Part shown: positions 25,804-38,418 of the stretch, piece by piece
Layout: each line of letters starts with the position of its first letter
How positions within the stretch are numbered: the stretch's first letter is position 1
From: Psammoneis japonica
Taxonomy: Eukaryota
Direction: 5' to 3'
DNA length: 64,000 nt
Assembly: GCA_008632985.1 (NCBI GenBank)
Contig: QPGO01000035.1
Coordinates: 421,899-485,898 of the forward strand
Made by a program: the position numbers and the translations under genes
Notes under the pieces: generated by a model
The model's database searches: none
The model's input: the letters and a program-made list of their open reading frames with translations, nothing else
What the model was told of the DNA's origin: nothing

Positions 25804-27018
25804 ATGGCGCAAGAAGAAACATCCTCACCGCCCCCCAGCCCAGGTCGCCGCAAATCGCTCACCCATCGCAAGAGCGTCCGAGCTCTGGAATCCTTCACGA
25901 TTGAGGAGATTGTCCGCAACGTGACGGCTCGCGGTGGATCGGCGGCTCTGGTTCGCGATCAGTTGCAGAATGGCACGGTCCGTCGTTCCCACCTTCCCGT
26001 GGCGTGCCAAAAGCCACCGTCGTCCCCCAAGGCCCAAACGACAGCGGTCCCACTCGAGGAGGCGCCTGTGGGCAATGCCAAAAACAAGGTTTCCATTGTC
26101 GGATGCGGTCAAGTCGGTTTGGCTGCCGCGTATGCCATGCTGATTCAGGGTACTCCGGGTGCCATGGCTCTGGTGGATGTCGATGAGGAAAAACTCGAGG
26201 GCGAAGTGATGGATCTACGACAGGGATCTGCCTTTTACAGCAGGGTCCGCATTGAGGCTTCCACGGACTATGCCGTAACGCACGATTCCGATTTTGTACT
26301 CGTCACGGCCGGAACAGCCCGCCGTCCGGGTGAATCACGGCTCGATCTGGTCAAGCGCAACGCGTCCATTGTCAAGAGTATCATTCCAAAAATTCTACAG
26401 TACAGTCCCAATGCGACGATTTGCATCGTGTCGAATCCGGTCGATGTCATGACGGCCGTGGCGTCCCGAGCGGCGGGAGACGACTTGGAACCCGGACGCA
26501 TCTTTGGTTCCGGTACCAATCTCGATTCTAGCAGACTTCGATCTCTTATCGGAGCGTCGTTTGATGTCGACACCAATTCGGTCTTTGGATACATTATTGG
26601 TGAGCACGGCGATTCGAGTGTCCCGGTGTGGAGCAGCATTTCCGTCGGCGGCTCCTTGTTGGTGGCGCCTGGACAGAGCCCCAATGAAGCACACAAGGCC
26701 ATGCACCATGAAGTCGTCAAGGCAGGCAGCAAAGTCATCAAGAAGAAGGGATATACCAACTGGGCCATTGGCTTGTCCATGGCGCGAATTGCCGAGGCGG
26801 TCCTGACGGATGAACGGGCATTCCTTCCCGTGTCGACCTGTGTTCGGGGATACCAAGGTGTCGAGGAGGATGTCTATTTGTCTTTGCCCTGTTGTTTGGG
26901 TGCCACGGGAGTCGTCCGTGTGATTGACCTTTTGCTGACGCAAGAAGAAGCCGACGCCTTTCGTGAGTCTGCCAAGCAAGTATGGGAGGTCCAGAAGGAT
27001 GTTTGGGATTCGTGGTAG
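25804..27018 (+). CDS. ldh: L-lactate dehydrogenase family enzyme (Arg at the specificity position)
   Basis: KVSIVGCGQVG, GESRLDLV, VSNPVD, GSGTNLDSSR, GEHGDSSV and KKGYTNWAIG. ~90-aa N-terminal extension. Confidence 0.88.
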   Translation: MAQEETSSPPPSPGRRKSLTHRKSVRALESFTIEEIVRNVTARGGSAALVRDQLQNGTVRRSHLPVACQKPPSSPKAQTTAVPLEEAPVGNAKNKVSIVGCGQVGLAAAYAMLIQGTPGAMALVDVDEEKLEGEVMDLRQGSAFYSRVRIEASTDYAVTHDSDFVLVTAGTARRPGESRLDLVKRNASIVKSIIPKILQYSPNATICIVSNPVDVMTAVASRAAGDDLEPGRIFGSGTNLDSSRLRSLIGASFDVDTNSVFGYIIGEHGDSSVPVWSSISVGGSLLVAPGQSPNEAHKAMHHEVVKAGSKVIKKKGYTNWAIGLSMARIAEAVLTDERAFLPVSTCVRGYQGVEEDVYLSLPCCLGATGVVRVIDLLLTQEEADAFRESAKQVWEVQKDVWDSW

Positions 27019-27152
27019 TAGCGCAGTAGACAAAAACGTTTAGAGGAGCAGGCAAGAACAAAGTCCTGATTCTAGATTAGTAACCACTTTTAGTTGAACA
27101 GTTTTTGAGTAATTGTCTGTTCCTATTACAAACAAACTAAGGTACTCCTATC

Positions 27153-28697
27153 TTAACCGTGCTTCTTGGAATGGGGACAAGCAGAATATTTTTCCAAATT
27201 CTGCAATCGGCATTGGAGTAGCTCTTCCGTGGAATAAAATGCGTGGTACTTGTAGCCGAATTCTCGACACGATTCACGCACAATCGGAGCAATGTGCGGC
27301 AGGAGGCGGTAATTCAAGCTAGGGAAGAGGGTATGTTCCAAGTGATAGGTCAGTGTACCAGCACAGGAGCCATTGAGGCTACCCCAAAGCAATGGGTGAA
27401 GCCATTGATCCGCACGGGTCGGATGCCAACTGCAGCTGGATTCGACATTATGACGGCCCCAATCTTGATCAATCACAGCTTCGGGGAGATCAGGATAGTC
27501 CCAGACATGTTGAGCAAAAAAGACTTGAACGGGATAGACGCCAAGGATATTTCGAAGAAAACAAAGGACCACAAAGAGACCAAAGCCAATTGCGCCGCTG
27601 CAAGGTAGCGCAAGGTAGCACCATGAGCTCAGGGGAGCAGCACCCATTCCAATTAACCCGGTCAAAGATCGAATGTACTCCCCATGGGGAAGGAACTCTT
27701 TGAATGTGTAGAAGATATGCGGGAAAATGAACAGCACACGAATGCCGTCCGAAATCACTTCTGAAATGGTAGTCTGGATGACCTGACCGACAAAGGTGGC
27801 TTGAAAACGGTGAAACAACGAACGGTACAGTGTCGTTTCACAGAATCGACTCAAACCATAGACTGATACCATTGAGAGGCACTGATCATGTTCCAGTTTT
27901 GCACCCTTGACATGATGGATGGCAGTATGTTCAGAAAAACCCCTTCCAAAATGCAGCTCGAACTGCGAAACATGGCGAGGTTGATTGAGCATGGTGCGGC
28001 TATTCTTCTCGCTGTTGGGCAACGAAAAGCTATGGAATGATGCCATTCCGAGGCAAATACCAACTTGTTCGGCATACCACTGCGCTCTACTCTTTGGTTC
28101 CCACAATTGGCCGTGACCGCTGGCGTGCATTTGTCCAACCCCTCGCAGCATTGTAAAGCATGAGGTGAGTACGTGCAAAACCATCAAGAGCCAGAGCGGT
28201 GCTGTTTCGTCTCTTTTCAGCACCAGAAAGGTAAACCCAATACAGTACATGAGAGACAGAACTACAAAATCCACAAACCACATGAGTTTAGCATAAAAGG
28301 GCCGTCGTTCCAGTTTCTCTTTTCTCAAATGAGCCACAACTCGCTTGGAGGTCACATGCCAAAAGTCTCCCATGTTGGGACTGGTAAAGGAGGAAGGATC
28401 ATCGACGTCACGCTTCAGCACTCCAATACGAAACTTCTCTAGTACCTTTCGGGCCTTTTCCGGTTCCCACAAGTGATACTGGTGGAATAGAACTGTGGAA
28501 TCGGCGCCGGCGGCACTCATAATGAGGTGCCCTCCAGGATGTTCGTCGCGATATCCCGATAAGTCGTAGACGGCATTGTCAATGACGGTCCAAAAATCAT
28601 TGCAAGTGTTGTGCATCTCCACATCTTGAATAGAGAAACACTTTGTGGACGCCTCGTTCTTGTTGCTTTTTCCATTAGTGCTTTCAACGACCATCAT
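27153..28697 (-). CDS. Cytochrome b5-fused membrane desaturase-like protein
   Basis: HPGG cytb5 motif; His boxes HASGH and HTAIHH; divergent third box YHLEHTLFP; transmembrane segments. Confidence 0.85.
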   Translation of the reverse strand: MMVVESTNGKSNKNEASTKCFSIQDVEMHNTCNDFWTVIDNAVYDLSGYRDEHPGGHLIMSAAGADSTVLFHQYHLWEPEKARKVLEKFRIGVLKRDVDDPSSFTSPNMGDFWHVTSKRVVAHLRKEKLERRPFYAKLMWFVDFVVLSLMYCIGFTFLVLKRDETAPLWLLMVLHVLTSCFTMLRGVGQMHASGHGQLWEPKSRAQWYAEQVGICLGMASFHSFSLPNSEKNSRTMLNQPRHVSQFELHFGRGFSEHTAIHHVKGAKLEHDQCLSMVSVYGLSRFCETTLYRSLFHRFQATFVGQVIQTTISEVISDGIRVLFIFPHIFYTFKEFLPHGEYIRSLTGLIGMGAAPLSSWCYLALPCSGAIGFGLFVVLCFLRNILGVYPVQVFFAQHVWDYPDLPEAVIDQDWGRHNVESSCSWHPTRADQWLHPLLWGSLNGSCAGTLTYHLEHTLFPSLNYRLLPHIAPIVRESCREFGYKYHAFYSTEELLQCRLQNLEKYSACPHSKKHG

Positions 28698-29084
28698 CAC
28701 CTTGTCGCTATTAGAAAACACTACCGAGACAGCTAAGAAAAAGACAAAGAAAACAAAAGAGATTGAAGATATCTACGGCTATCAACAGGCCCTCAATTCA
28801 ATTGTGAGAGTAAGTTGTAGTGTGTGCCGTAATGCTTTTCTGCCCAACTGTTGGCGATAGTACTATTGTAGGAATGTTCCAAAATGTGACTCTAGTCGAA
28901 TCATCATCGCGAAAAGCAATTTCAATTTCAAATTGGCGAACATGCCGTAAAATTATATTCATACATTAAAGATATATATATAATAAACTAGTGTTCATGA
29001 CGGAATATATGCATTTTTTACGTAGGAGGTTACCGGTACGGCGACCGACCACGAAATCCCTCTCTACAGTGCAGTACGTAGTGG

Positions 29085-30179
29085 CGCTGTGTGACAACTG
29101 GCAGCTGCCATGAAATTGCAGCAATTGGTGGGGGTGCACACCTTTCCCACCAGTTCAGTGCATCACCATTGTGGTGGACTTGGAAAATGTTTGCCCTCTG
29201 CCCCTGATGCAACAACAAGCTTGTGCTCCTCCTGGTTGCTCACTCTGCACAAAGCAAATTGGGAGGTCTTGTTGGGTTGTGTCGCACCTCTGGAATTTTC
29301 TGCCTTCAGCAAGGCACATGTCCAGATCTCTTGCAATTGATGCTGGTGCTGCTGTGAAGTTGCGAGAGCAAAGCATGGCCAGTTCTGAACTTTTGGCACT
29401 GTCTTGAGCAAGTGGGAAAAATGTGCTTCTGCATTGCCTGCAAAGGCTGTGACATGCTTTGTCTCAAACCCAGTGTGCTGCATTTTTTCTCTCACCACTG
29501 CTCCAAAAATTGTGAGCCTTTTTGCTCCAATTTTTCCAAAAGCCAGATTTTGTGTCAAACCAATGTGTTGCACAATTTGCTTGTTGGCCACAATCAAATC
29601 ATTCAGACCATGTGACTCCCATGGCTGGGGCTTGTCACCAGCAGCCGTGCCCTTTGACGCTCCTCTCCCTCCTCTTCATGAGCTCTGTTGCTGTCATCAT
29701 TCATGTGCTGGTCTCTTGAAACTCCTGAGATGTGGTTGACCATGTGTTTGTCAAGCAAAGGTTTTGCTGCAAAAATTCTTGGCAAAGATGCCAGAGATGA
29801 CATGTCATCTCTGCTTCCCAGCTTGCATCACCAACTTTGGGGTTTTCTCTTCAACTTTTGCAGAAACTTTTGCTCTTGACTTCAATGTGAGATGTGAGCT
29901 CAACCACCCACCAACCAACTGTTTGCTGAGTTTTTGATGTTCATTTCCAACTTTGTTGGCAGCACAACTTCTTGCAAACCCACACAGGCCAAGCAATGCC
30001 TGGTGCATTTCAACAGCATGTTTTGTGTGTGAGAATGCTGCTGCTGAGCCGTCCACCAGCATGAAGCAGCTCCACCCCGGGCTTTGTTGTGGGCCGGGCT
30101 GTTTCTGTGCACTGTGCCATCTCCCTCTTTCTCTCTCCCTCTTTCTCTCTCTCTCTTTCTCTCTCCTCTTTCTCTCTCT

Positions 30180-30237
<58 letters not shown>

Positions 30238-30330
30238 TCTCTCTCTCTCTNNNNNNNNNNNNNNNNNNNNNNNNNNNNNNNNNNNNNNNNNNNNNNNNNN
30301 NNNNNNNNNNNNNNNNNNNNNNNNNNNNNN

Positions 30331-30374
<44 letters not shown>

Positions 30375-30800
30375 GTCATTTGTGAAGCACACACCTCTTT
30401 TCCAGACAGCTGTCTGCCTCCCCCCAGGCTGGCAACCTGACACAACAGTCAACAAAAGGTGGCACAATCCCCAAAAAAGAGGAGTGCAAAATGGTGAGAG
30501 ATCTTCTGAAGTGTCCCCAGAAAGTCACTTGGCATGGAGTTTCCACCCATGCCATGACAGGCACAGTGCAGATCTGTGCGCTTCATCCCTGTGGCACAGC
30601 TGCAACTCGGTGCGCCACAGGCCACCGGGGATTTGCAAAGGACCTTGCTGCTGCTGCTGCTGCTGCTGGGTGCTTGTTGCACTGTGGCAGCCAAGTCAGG
30701 CACTGCCAAACAAATGGAGGAAATGAAAACAAACCCCAAAAACGGTGGACATGTCATTGAACGTGCTCTTGTGGAGTTTGGCAAATGGGGAAACGCTGAT
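29085..30800. other. TpA/CpG-depleted tract, probable decayed transposon of unassigned family
   Basis: Essentially no TA over ~1.7 kb, next to TA-rich DNA at 28940-29030. Confidence 0.8.
30119..30372. repeat. (CT)n microsatellite spanning an 80-N assembly gap (30251-30330)
   Basis: Direct reading of the sequence. Confidence 0.99.
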
Positions 30801-31054
30801 GGGGGGTGATGATAACCGCGCAGCGCAGGCAGAGCCGCAAACACAGATAGAGTTGGCCCACATGCAACTTGTGAGGAATCCAGAATTCTGCTTTTTGATT
30901 TTCTCTCTCAAAAAAGATCCGCGCCGAGTGCCGAGTCCGTCTTCACACACAACAATTAACCCGACAGCGGCAGCAACAATAACAACAACATCATTTCGCT
31001 GTTGTTGTCATTTGCATAGCTACACAAAACACACTTTTTTATTTGTATGGCATC

Positions 31055-34000
31055 ATGTCATTACGAAACAAGTTCTTTGAAGACAATGATGAGGAAACAT
31101 GGAGTCTTCTCGTTTCATCATCGGCGGCACCCGAAAAGGACCGACTCGACAGTCTTAAGCAGCGCTTTCAACAAGACGAGGATGATTCCTCGTATGAAAC
31201 GTATTGGAAAGAATTGTTGCAACGTGTGCAACAGACTTGTACTACACAAACGACAACTAATACGTCATCGTCATCTCCGTCTTCTTCTTCTTCTTCAACT
31301 GACGCCTTCCCCGCCGCGTTTCAATCTGACGAGGGCAAGCGTCATTTAACAGCCGTGTCCATGTTGTTGCGTGTCTCGCAACACTGTGCGGTACAATTGA
31401 CGCTTGGGGCGCTCTGTGCCGTGACACAAAATGTGGTTTCCAGTAGTGATATCCAATACCAATCCCTCTTGGGAACACGCGCCTTGTTACAGACTGTCGT
31501 ACGACACTATTATCGACAACGAACGGCACGGATTCAAGTCGTGGCGGAATGTCTGCGTATGGAACAGGGTGTTGTTGCTGATGCTGCTGCCGATAGTGAC
31601 GTGGTGCAGTTTTTAGATTCCATGGATACAACCACCAAACTCAATGGACACAATCGCGGTTTGTTTCGACGACTTGTTTGTATCGCATGCAAGCCCGATT
31701 CGCTTCCGACCCGACAAGAGCTGCTTCCCACCCAAGAATTGATTCCCCAAAACGACAATGATTGGAAGCTGTTTGCGACCAATTGTATGCAAGCTGCCAA
31801 GCAACAATACCAACAAGAACGACTCGCCGCCATGGAAGCCTTGTTGCTATTGCTCTATGAACGGATCCATCAAGGCATTCATCGAACGGACTTGATTTTG
31901 ATTTTGACGGCCTTTCAGTCACAATCCTTTTTTGTTTCCCATAGCAAACGTGCAAATCAATTGGCAGGATTGGTGTGTTGTGAATGCATGGGATTGTGGC
32001 GATTCTTTGGGCAAAATGACGACGATAATTCGTCTTCTCTGGAAGCCATTCAGAATCATCCACTCTTGATGGGTATTGTTCTCAGCAATAATGACGCCTC
32101 GGCCTTGAGAAATTTAGAACGAGATGCAGAACGCGAGTTGGAACACATTCGAAGCACGCTCACCAACTTGTCGGCTCCAGCAGCATCGAACCAAGACTAA
32201 TAGTAGTGACCCTGAATCGTTGGCACTCTTGGGATTTGGTTTGTTGTTGAAATTGACCTTTGGTCAAATTTTGCAATCCGACCAGGGGGCCGACACGCAG
32301 GGTTATTGGCGCGAGTTTGAAGCATACGGGATGGAGTGTATTCAAAAAGCCAATGACAAGGGAAGCGGGGCCTTTTCGTTTCTCAGCACGTGCATGGACA
32401 AATTGGTGGTGACACCCAGAATCAAGACAACGGCTACTAGAGAAGCAACTCAAGAAGACTGCGATTGCTCTACACCACCACCACGACTACCGCATGATGG
32501 AAGCTGTCCCTCAAGACCCCGACACGAGCTCGGCAACCGTGGTGTATGCCAGTATTGGACGAGAAGTGCTGCTTTCTACCATTATGGCCTTTCAAGATAC
32601 AATTCTATCCAGTCACCACGGTCAAGCACGAGAGAATATCGGATTGCTGTGTTCGCTGGCAGCGTCATTTACAAGAATCATCCCGTGCTCTGTGAAGCCT
32701 TTTGGATGGAATGGGATTCCTTTACCAAGAGCAACAGCAATGGTGATCCACTCTGTTTTCTATTGGAAGCTGCCTACAACTTGTCGGTTTCCGTTCTCAA
32801 TGCTGTTTCCGGAGCGGCACAACAACCGGGATTGGAAGAAGAGCTGCTTCCCTACTTTGAACCTTTGCTCAAGTTGGTATCGTCTCTTTGTTCCGAAAGT
32901 GGCCTGGTCGAGTCGGTTGTGAGTTTGCTTCCCGACGGACTCTTGAGGACTTCACTCTTTTGTTGCAGCCCCACGACGAGCGCACCCGCTGACGAAGAAG
33001 CCTTTTGCAAGCACGCCGAGAGTGTCTTGACCGCCATTGGGACGCTCAATCGAATTGGCGGCAACAAGTCGTCGTCGTGTCGCTTGTTGATTTGCAATGC
33101 GCTCGAAACGGATCCATCCACACATCAACCGGACGGACCGCGCATTCTGTTTCGCATTGTTAGCAACTTGCAACGTCCGACGCTCGTGACGGGTGCTCTC
33201 CATATCATGGCAGACTTTTTGGAGTGCCAATCGGTATCCCAGTCTTGGACCATGGCGGCTGCCAAATTCTTTGCCAAAGTGGTTTTGGTCCGCTCATGGG
33301 TGGTAGCAACAACAACAACGACATGGTGTTGGCGTCGGTGCGTGTCTTGGATGGATTTGTCGCGCAATTTCATAGTGTCGTGTTTAATGATGATTTCAAG
33401 GAACGAGAGGTGTTAGAATACATGCACATGGTTTTGCAAGGAACGCTCTTGGCGTGTGGGTCCTTGTCGGGCATGTTGGCACCCACCGATAGTCCACTCA
33501 CGACACAAGCTCCGACCTTTCCCTATCCGGTTGCCTTGCAAATTTTGCAATTGCTCGGAACGCTCCTCCAGCAGGCGCTCCGTCCCATTTCCAAGCTTCA
33601 TGAAACACCCGCCATCCGTGACGCTGCCACGGAAATGATCAATACCATTATCAATACCTTGGCCACATCGGCCGCCTTGGGAGAATCCATTTCGTACTTT
33701 GCCACGGCACCCGTGTCACTCGGTTTGGCAGCGGCCTTGCGCAAACGTTGGATGAGGCGCATGTATTGAGTGCGGCAACGACCGAAGAGAGGATGACAAG
33801 AATGCCAAGTATGGAGCGTGGAAGAGCTTGCTGGCGGGAAGCAAGACGCAATCGTCGTCCAGCAACAACACGATGTTCCACACGCCGTGACGGACTATTT
33901 GGAAAAGATCCAAACGGGAAAGCAAGCACTTGTGCTGGATTTGGAAGCTGTTCATTCACTCGGATGGATGGGTCAAGATCAACAAGTGGGTCTTGACGCT

Positions 34001-37000
34001 GCTCGAGCCGCCATGGAGGTCCTCATGGCGTGGGCACTCTATGTCGAGGACAAGTTTGCGAGGAGAAATCGGATGAAATCATGGCGTTTAGTCCGTACCG
34101 TTTGTTTTAGTGTGCGGTGGTGCCTCCTCCTGTCCGAGAGCATCACACGCTCATTTCCGTGTGGCCACGAGAAACCTTTCAATCTCTCTCTCATGCTACG
34201 ATTCCTCCAAGGCGAGACGGATACCGACAGGACGGCACCATCCTTCAGGATGCTCGCCTCTCTATGCTAAGCATTGAGCTGCTTTCGACCTGTCTTAAGC
34301 AAGCAAACCGTGGGAGTAGCGTTGCTGGAACTCCACCCGTTTCCATTGGATTTGGCAGTTCGCAACACCTTTACGGTCTTTTACAAGACTCGCTAAAGCA
34401 CGCTGCAAAAATCATGGAGGATGGCTCCAACGATGATTCGAACAAGACCGAAAAGGACAAGATGGAACAAACGATTCGACTCTTGCGCATGCTGTGTACA
34501 TGCATTGAGACGCAGCCTCACTTGGCTGGCTCTATTTTATGCGGATCGGAGGGCAAGCCTTTGCCCATTTTGGAACTCGTCTTTAAGAATGTTCGCAAGG
34601 TGGCAGACTTTCTCAAGCAAGGTGGCTTGGAATACACGCGTCAAGTTTGCAAGGACAGCCGCCTTACGAGTCACCTGCAAATCGCTTCCGAGTGTCTCGA
34701 TGTGCTTGCCGCCATTTGGACAGCCGCTCGAGCTCCAAAGGAAGTCCCTTGAGCAACAAGGTCAAAGATTGGGTCCCAATAGTTACTTCTGAAGTCAAAA
34801 AGAGCTCACTCTTTTCTGATTTGGTTTACCTTGTCAAGAACCACTTGACGTTACTACAAGACGAAGACCGCGCCGAGTTTGTTTCGGGAAATTGCTATAT
34901 TCGAGGCGTTTTCTTGAACGTTATTGCACGTTCGCTAGACATTCTTTCCTTGCAGATGGTCGAGCATGACACGGACTTTCTCAGCATGCCGCAACGTCGA
35001 GAAATAACAGACGCTTCGCTGACGGAATCGCTGTCACGAAATCTGCCCTCCACGAAGAGTCCTGCCTACTTGATGAAGACCTGGGGAGATTTGTCTGGCG
35101 TTGCGGCGAACGAGCTTCCTCGACAGGCGGGTATGAAAGGAAAGCAACCAAAAGACTTCCTCTTGTCGTTTCCCACGTCTTGTGCGTTTGATCGGTTCAT
35201 GGAAGAAACTGGACTCCGCGGCAGCGCTTGTGACGTTTCCAGCGCTGCGCGTTTTCTTCACAGACTTTGCAACGCTGACGGTACCGACCAAATGGTGGCT
35301 ACAGATTCGCGGTCTTGGCTTCAAAAGACCGCAAACGTTCATTCTGCCTTCGTGCTACTCCACAGAGAGCTCAAGTTGATTTCCGCTGGAAAGGGTTTGC
35401 TGAAGTATTGTTGCGACCGGAGACAAAACCAGGGTGGACCCCGGCAAGGCAGTACAAGAATCTCTGTCTTTGGCGCAGGAAACTTGCGGCACGCTTCACC
35501 ACAATTTGAGAGTGGTGGAACTCTCCCAGGTGGATATGATGGATGGTTTCCTCTGCTTGGAGACCGGTGTCATGGCACGAGCGCTCACCAGTCTATTGTT
35601 GCAATCTCTGGAGCACTCTGTGAAGGTATCAGACGGTTTGGCTCCTCCAGCCAAACAAACGGTGCAGTTGGCAATCACGGAAATGTTAGGACAGCTACAG
35701 GAGTCATCTGACGAAGTCTTTTCTACTCTTTGTCAGCCGCCATCGTTCAACGACGTTGACATGTTGAAGGTACGGGACATTTTCGTGTTTTTGCTTTCTT
35801 GACGAGCTTGTCATTGCGTCATCTCACTTTCCTGTTTTTGTCTAAATCGACAAACGCAAAGACTTTCTGTTTCCTACAACAAGATCTCCTCGCTTCCGCC
35901 ATCGTGCTGGTCAAGGCATCGGAACCCAACGCCGTCTCTAACAATCGGACGGGGGAAAATCTAGATCGACTCAATAAATGCTCGGTTGACTTTGCCTTTT
36001 CTGCTTGTCGAACCATAAAGTTGATCAAGCCGTATGCAATGGAGGAACACGGAGGTAGCCGCGCTCGACAAGTATTGCGTACTTCCGCGTCGCTTCTTAC
36101 ATTGCTGCTGTCCCGTGGTAAGGACTCTGCCTCTCACGCTGGCCAAAGTAACTATCTTTCCAAGGTTGCGGAATCACTAAAGGAAAACGGAACCATTATG
36201 ACTTTGGTCGAGCAGGCGAATGAGTCGTCGGCGAGGTCAACTTCAAGTGGGCCGAAAACTGCAGATGAAAGTCAAGGCCGCACCGGTTTGGGTCTTCCAT
36301 TTGCTGAACTTGACCGAAAGCGGCAACAACATCGTGACATGAATATCGACACTGTGAAAGCCATCTTTTCTTTCATGTTGGCAGTGGCTGATGCCAGCGA
36401 CGCCTCCGTCGAACTGCTGAAATTGCTTACAGACAGCGGTATCGCACAGTTGCTATTGAATAATCCACTTTTTCGTTTTGCGAGCGAGCAGTGGCATTTG
36501 GGCGAGCAGGCTGATGTTTCGATCGACCGTACAATGGCTGTTGGAGGCGTTCAAGAGAATCGTAATTTACGAGGCTATTTACCAAAAGAAAGCAAATCTG
36601 GGCTGGAACGACGAAGAGGCGCAGTGAAGGACGTTTCGGGACAATTCTTTTCGGGTAAAGACGACCCTTTGCATGAGATTTGGAGGACTGCGCTACGCAT
36701 TCTTCTTGCGGCCGTACGGTCTTCCAGGCACGCAGACACGTCGCGTCATTCAGAATCTGTGAATGCGTATTTTGTCCAGACAGCACTTGACTTTCTCCAA
36801 ACCAACGAGGCCTCACTCCGTTCTTGCTTGCGGCAGTGCGCCTCGGTGCCATTCGGCGATAAATCAGCGCCCGCTTTTCCCCATGCGACAGCCGCAGCAT
36901 CTATGAATTCTCAATCAGTTGTGTTCACTCGGAATGTTCTTCGAGAAGCGCGTGATCTGCTCGCACTGGTTTCGGAGCTTTGCAGCGGCAAAAATCGAAA

Positions 37001-38297
37001 CCAGTTTGAACGCTCTTCAACTCTGCTCTTTGAGGAATTTGTGCAGGCTGCGCTGAAGATGATCGGATCGTTAGGGCAATTCCTCGGTGCAGCTGGTGCC
37101 GCGAGGGAGTTATTCATGGCGCTTACGGACAACGTTGACGAAGGCGATGATGCCGCCAACAGCTACATAAACCAGCTGCTCGAAGGTGGTATCCCAAATG
37201 CACGCCACGAGGCGATTCGAAATGCGCACTATGCTATTCGATGCTGCGCTTTTGTCACGGCGGATGACTACGACGCTTTCGGTATGTCACATAATAAGGC
37301 CGGCGAGGGCACTGCTGATAGTCTCGAACGCACCTGCGAAGTTGCTGTCAATAGCCATTTTGTCCTCCGCATGGAGCACGCGGCTGCGGAATGCCTCTTC
37401 CACGCAGTTTCGGTCGTGTCCGAAACACATACTGCTTCTTCCGCGTTCGTCATGTTCACTCCAGAGGAGTTGACCCGGTTGAACGTCATGTCGCTGGTCA
37501 AGGAGCAATCGATTATCGCGCTGCATAAACCCGGAGACGGGCGTACTACTCGCGAGGCCCAATCGACTCTTCACTGGTCGGCGCCTGCGTCTTATCCAAG
37601 CAGACCAGGCGGCGACTTGCTTTTTGCACGTGTCCTCGGACGTGACACCGTTCGTCGCCTGTGGCGTGTTCAGTACCTGGAGACATCCTCAGTAGCCGAC
37701 GTGAAGGCTGATCTCTTGGCTGGTGTACAAGATACAATTAGGAACTGTCTCTTTGAGTACAAGTTTGCGGAATCTGCGTCTGCGGTTGAGGCTGCCGGTG
37801 GAGTGGACCGCAAGGCATCTCTCGGACACCTCATTTTGGCACTACGATGGTGTTATCAGTTCGCTTCCATCCCCGAAAGTCAGAATAGCGACACTGCTCT
37901 CACCTGTCGCCTTGCCAAACTGGCTTCCTTACTTCTTGGAACAGAAGTAGCACTACACAGGGAGATTCGAACGCGAGAGGTTGTATCCGAAGAAGTGACC
38001 AAACGCATCGGCGGACAACTCGTGGGCTTGTTTCGAAGCAAACGGCGTATGCAGCGAAACGAACGACCACTTTCCGAATTGGGACCGAACGAAACCCCGG
38101 CAGACCAGCTTCCCGCAGGTCGCATGCGGAAATTGCTAGACGGCCCAACGTGGGATACTATCCAGCGTCTGATTCGTCCCGAACTGGAGGCAGCGCAAAA
38201 GCTCCAAGAGAGTACACAGAGACGCAATGAGCAAAGCAACATTGGTGAAGCTAGTCCTTATCGAAGAAGTGGGTTCTTTCGAGGTTTGTCGCTGTAA
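31055..38297 (+). CDS. Very large alpha-helical protein, probably nucleoporin Nup188/Nup205 family; broken by ~10 frameshifts
   Basis: Overlapping helical, Leu-rich ORFs tile 7.2 kb. The N-terminal RHYYRQRTARIQVVAECLR resembles the Nup188/205 N-terminal YYxER pattern. Intron from donor 35770 to ~35883. Confidence 0.55.
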
Positions 38298-38418
38298 TCA
38301 TTGCGACGGGAAAAGGTGTCAACCTGTAGCCAAAGTAGGAAAAGTGTACGGCAATAGGCATTTTCTATAATATCTATTCGTTTCTGTCATGGATGTATCT
38401 TACACATTTTTTGTTTTG

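Noticed and set aside
29805..30726. RE/SL-repeat ORFs
   Set aside because: They are translations of the (CT)n microsatellite and the N gap.
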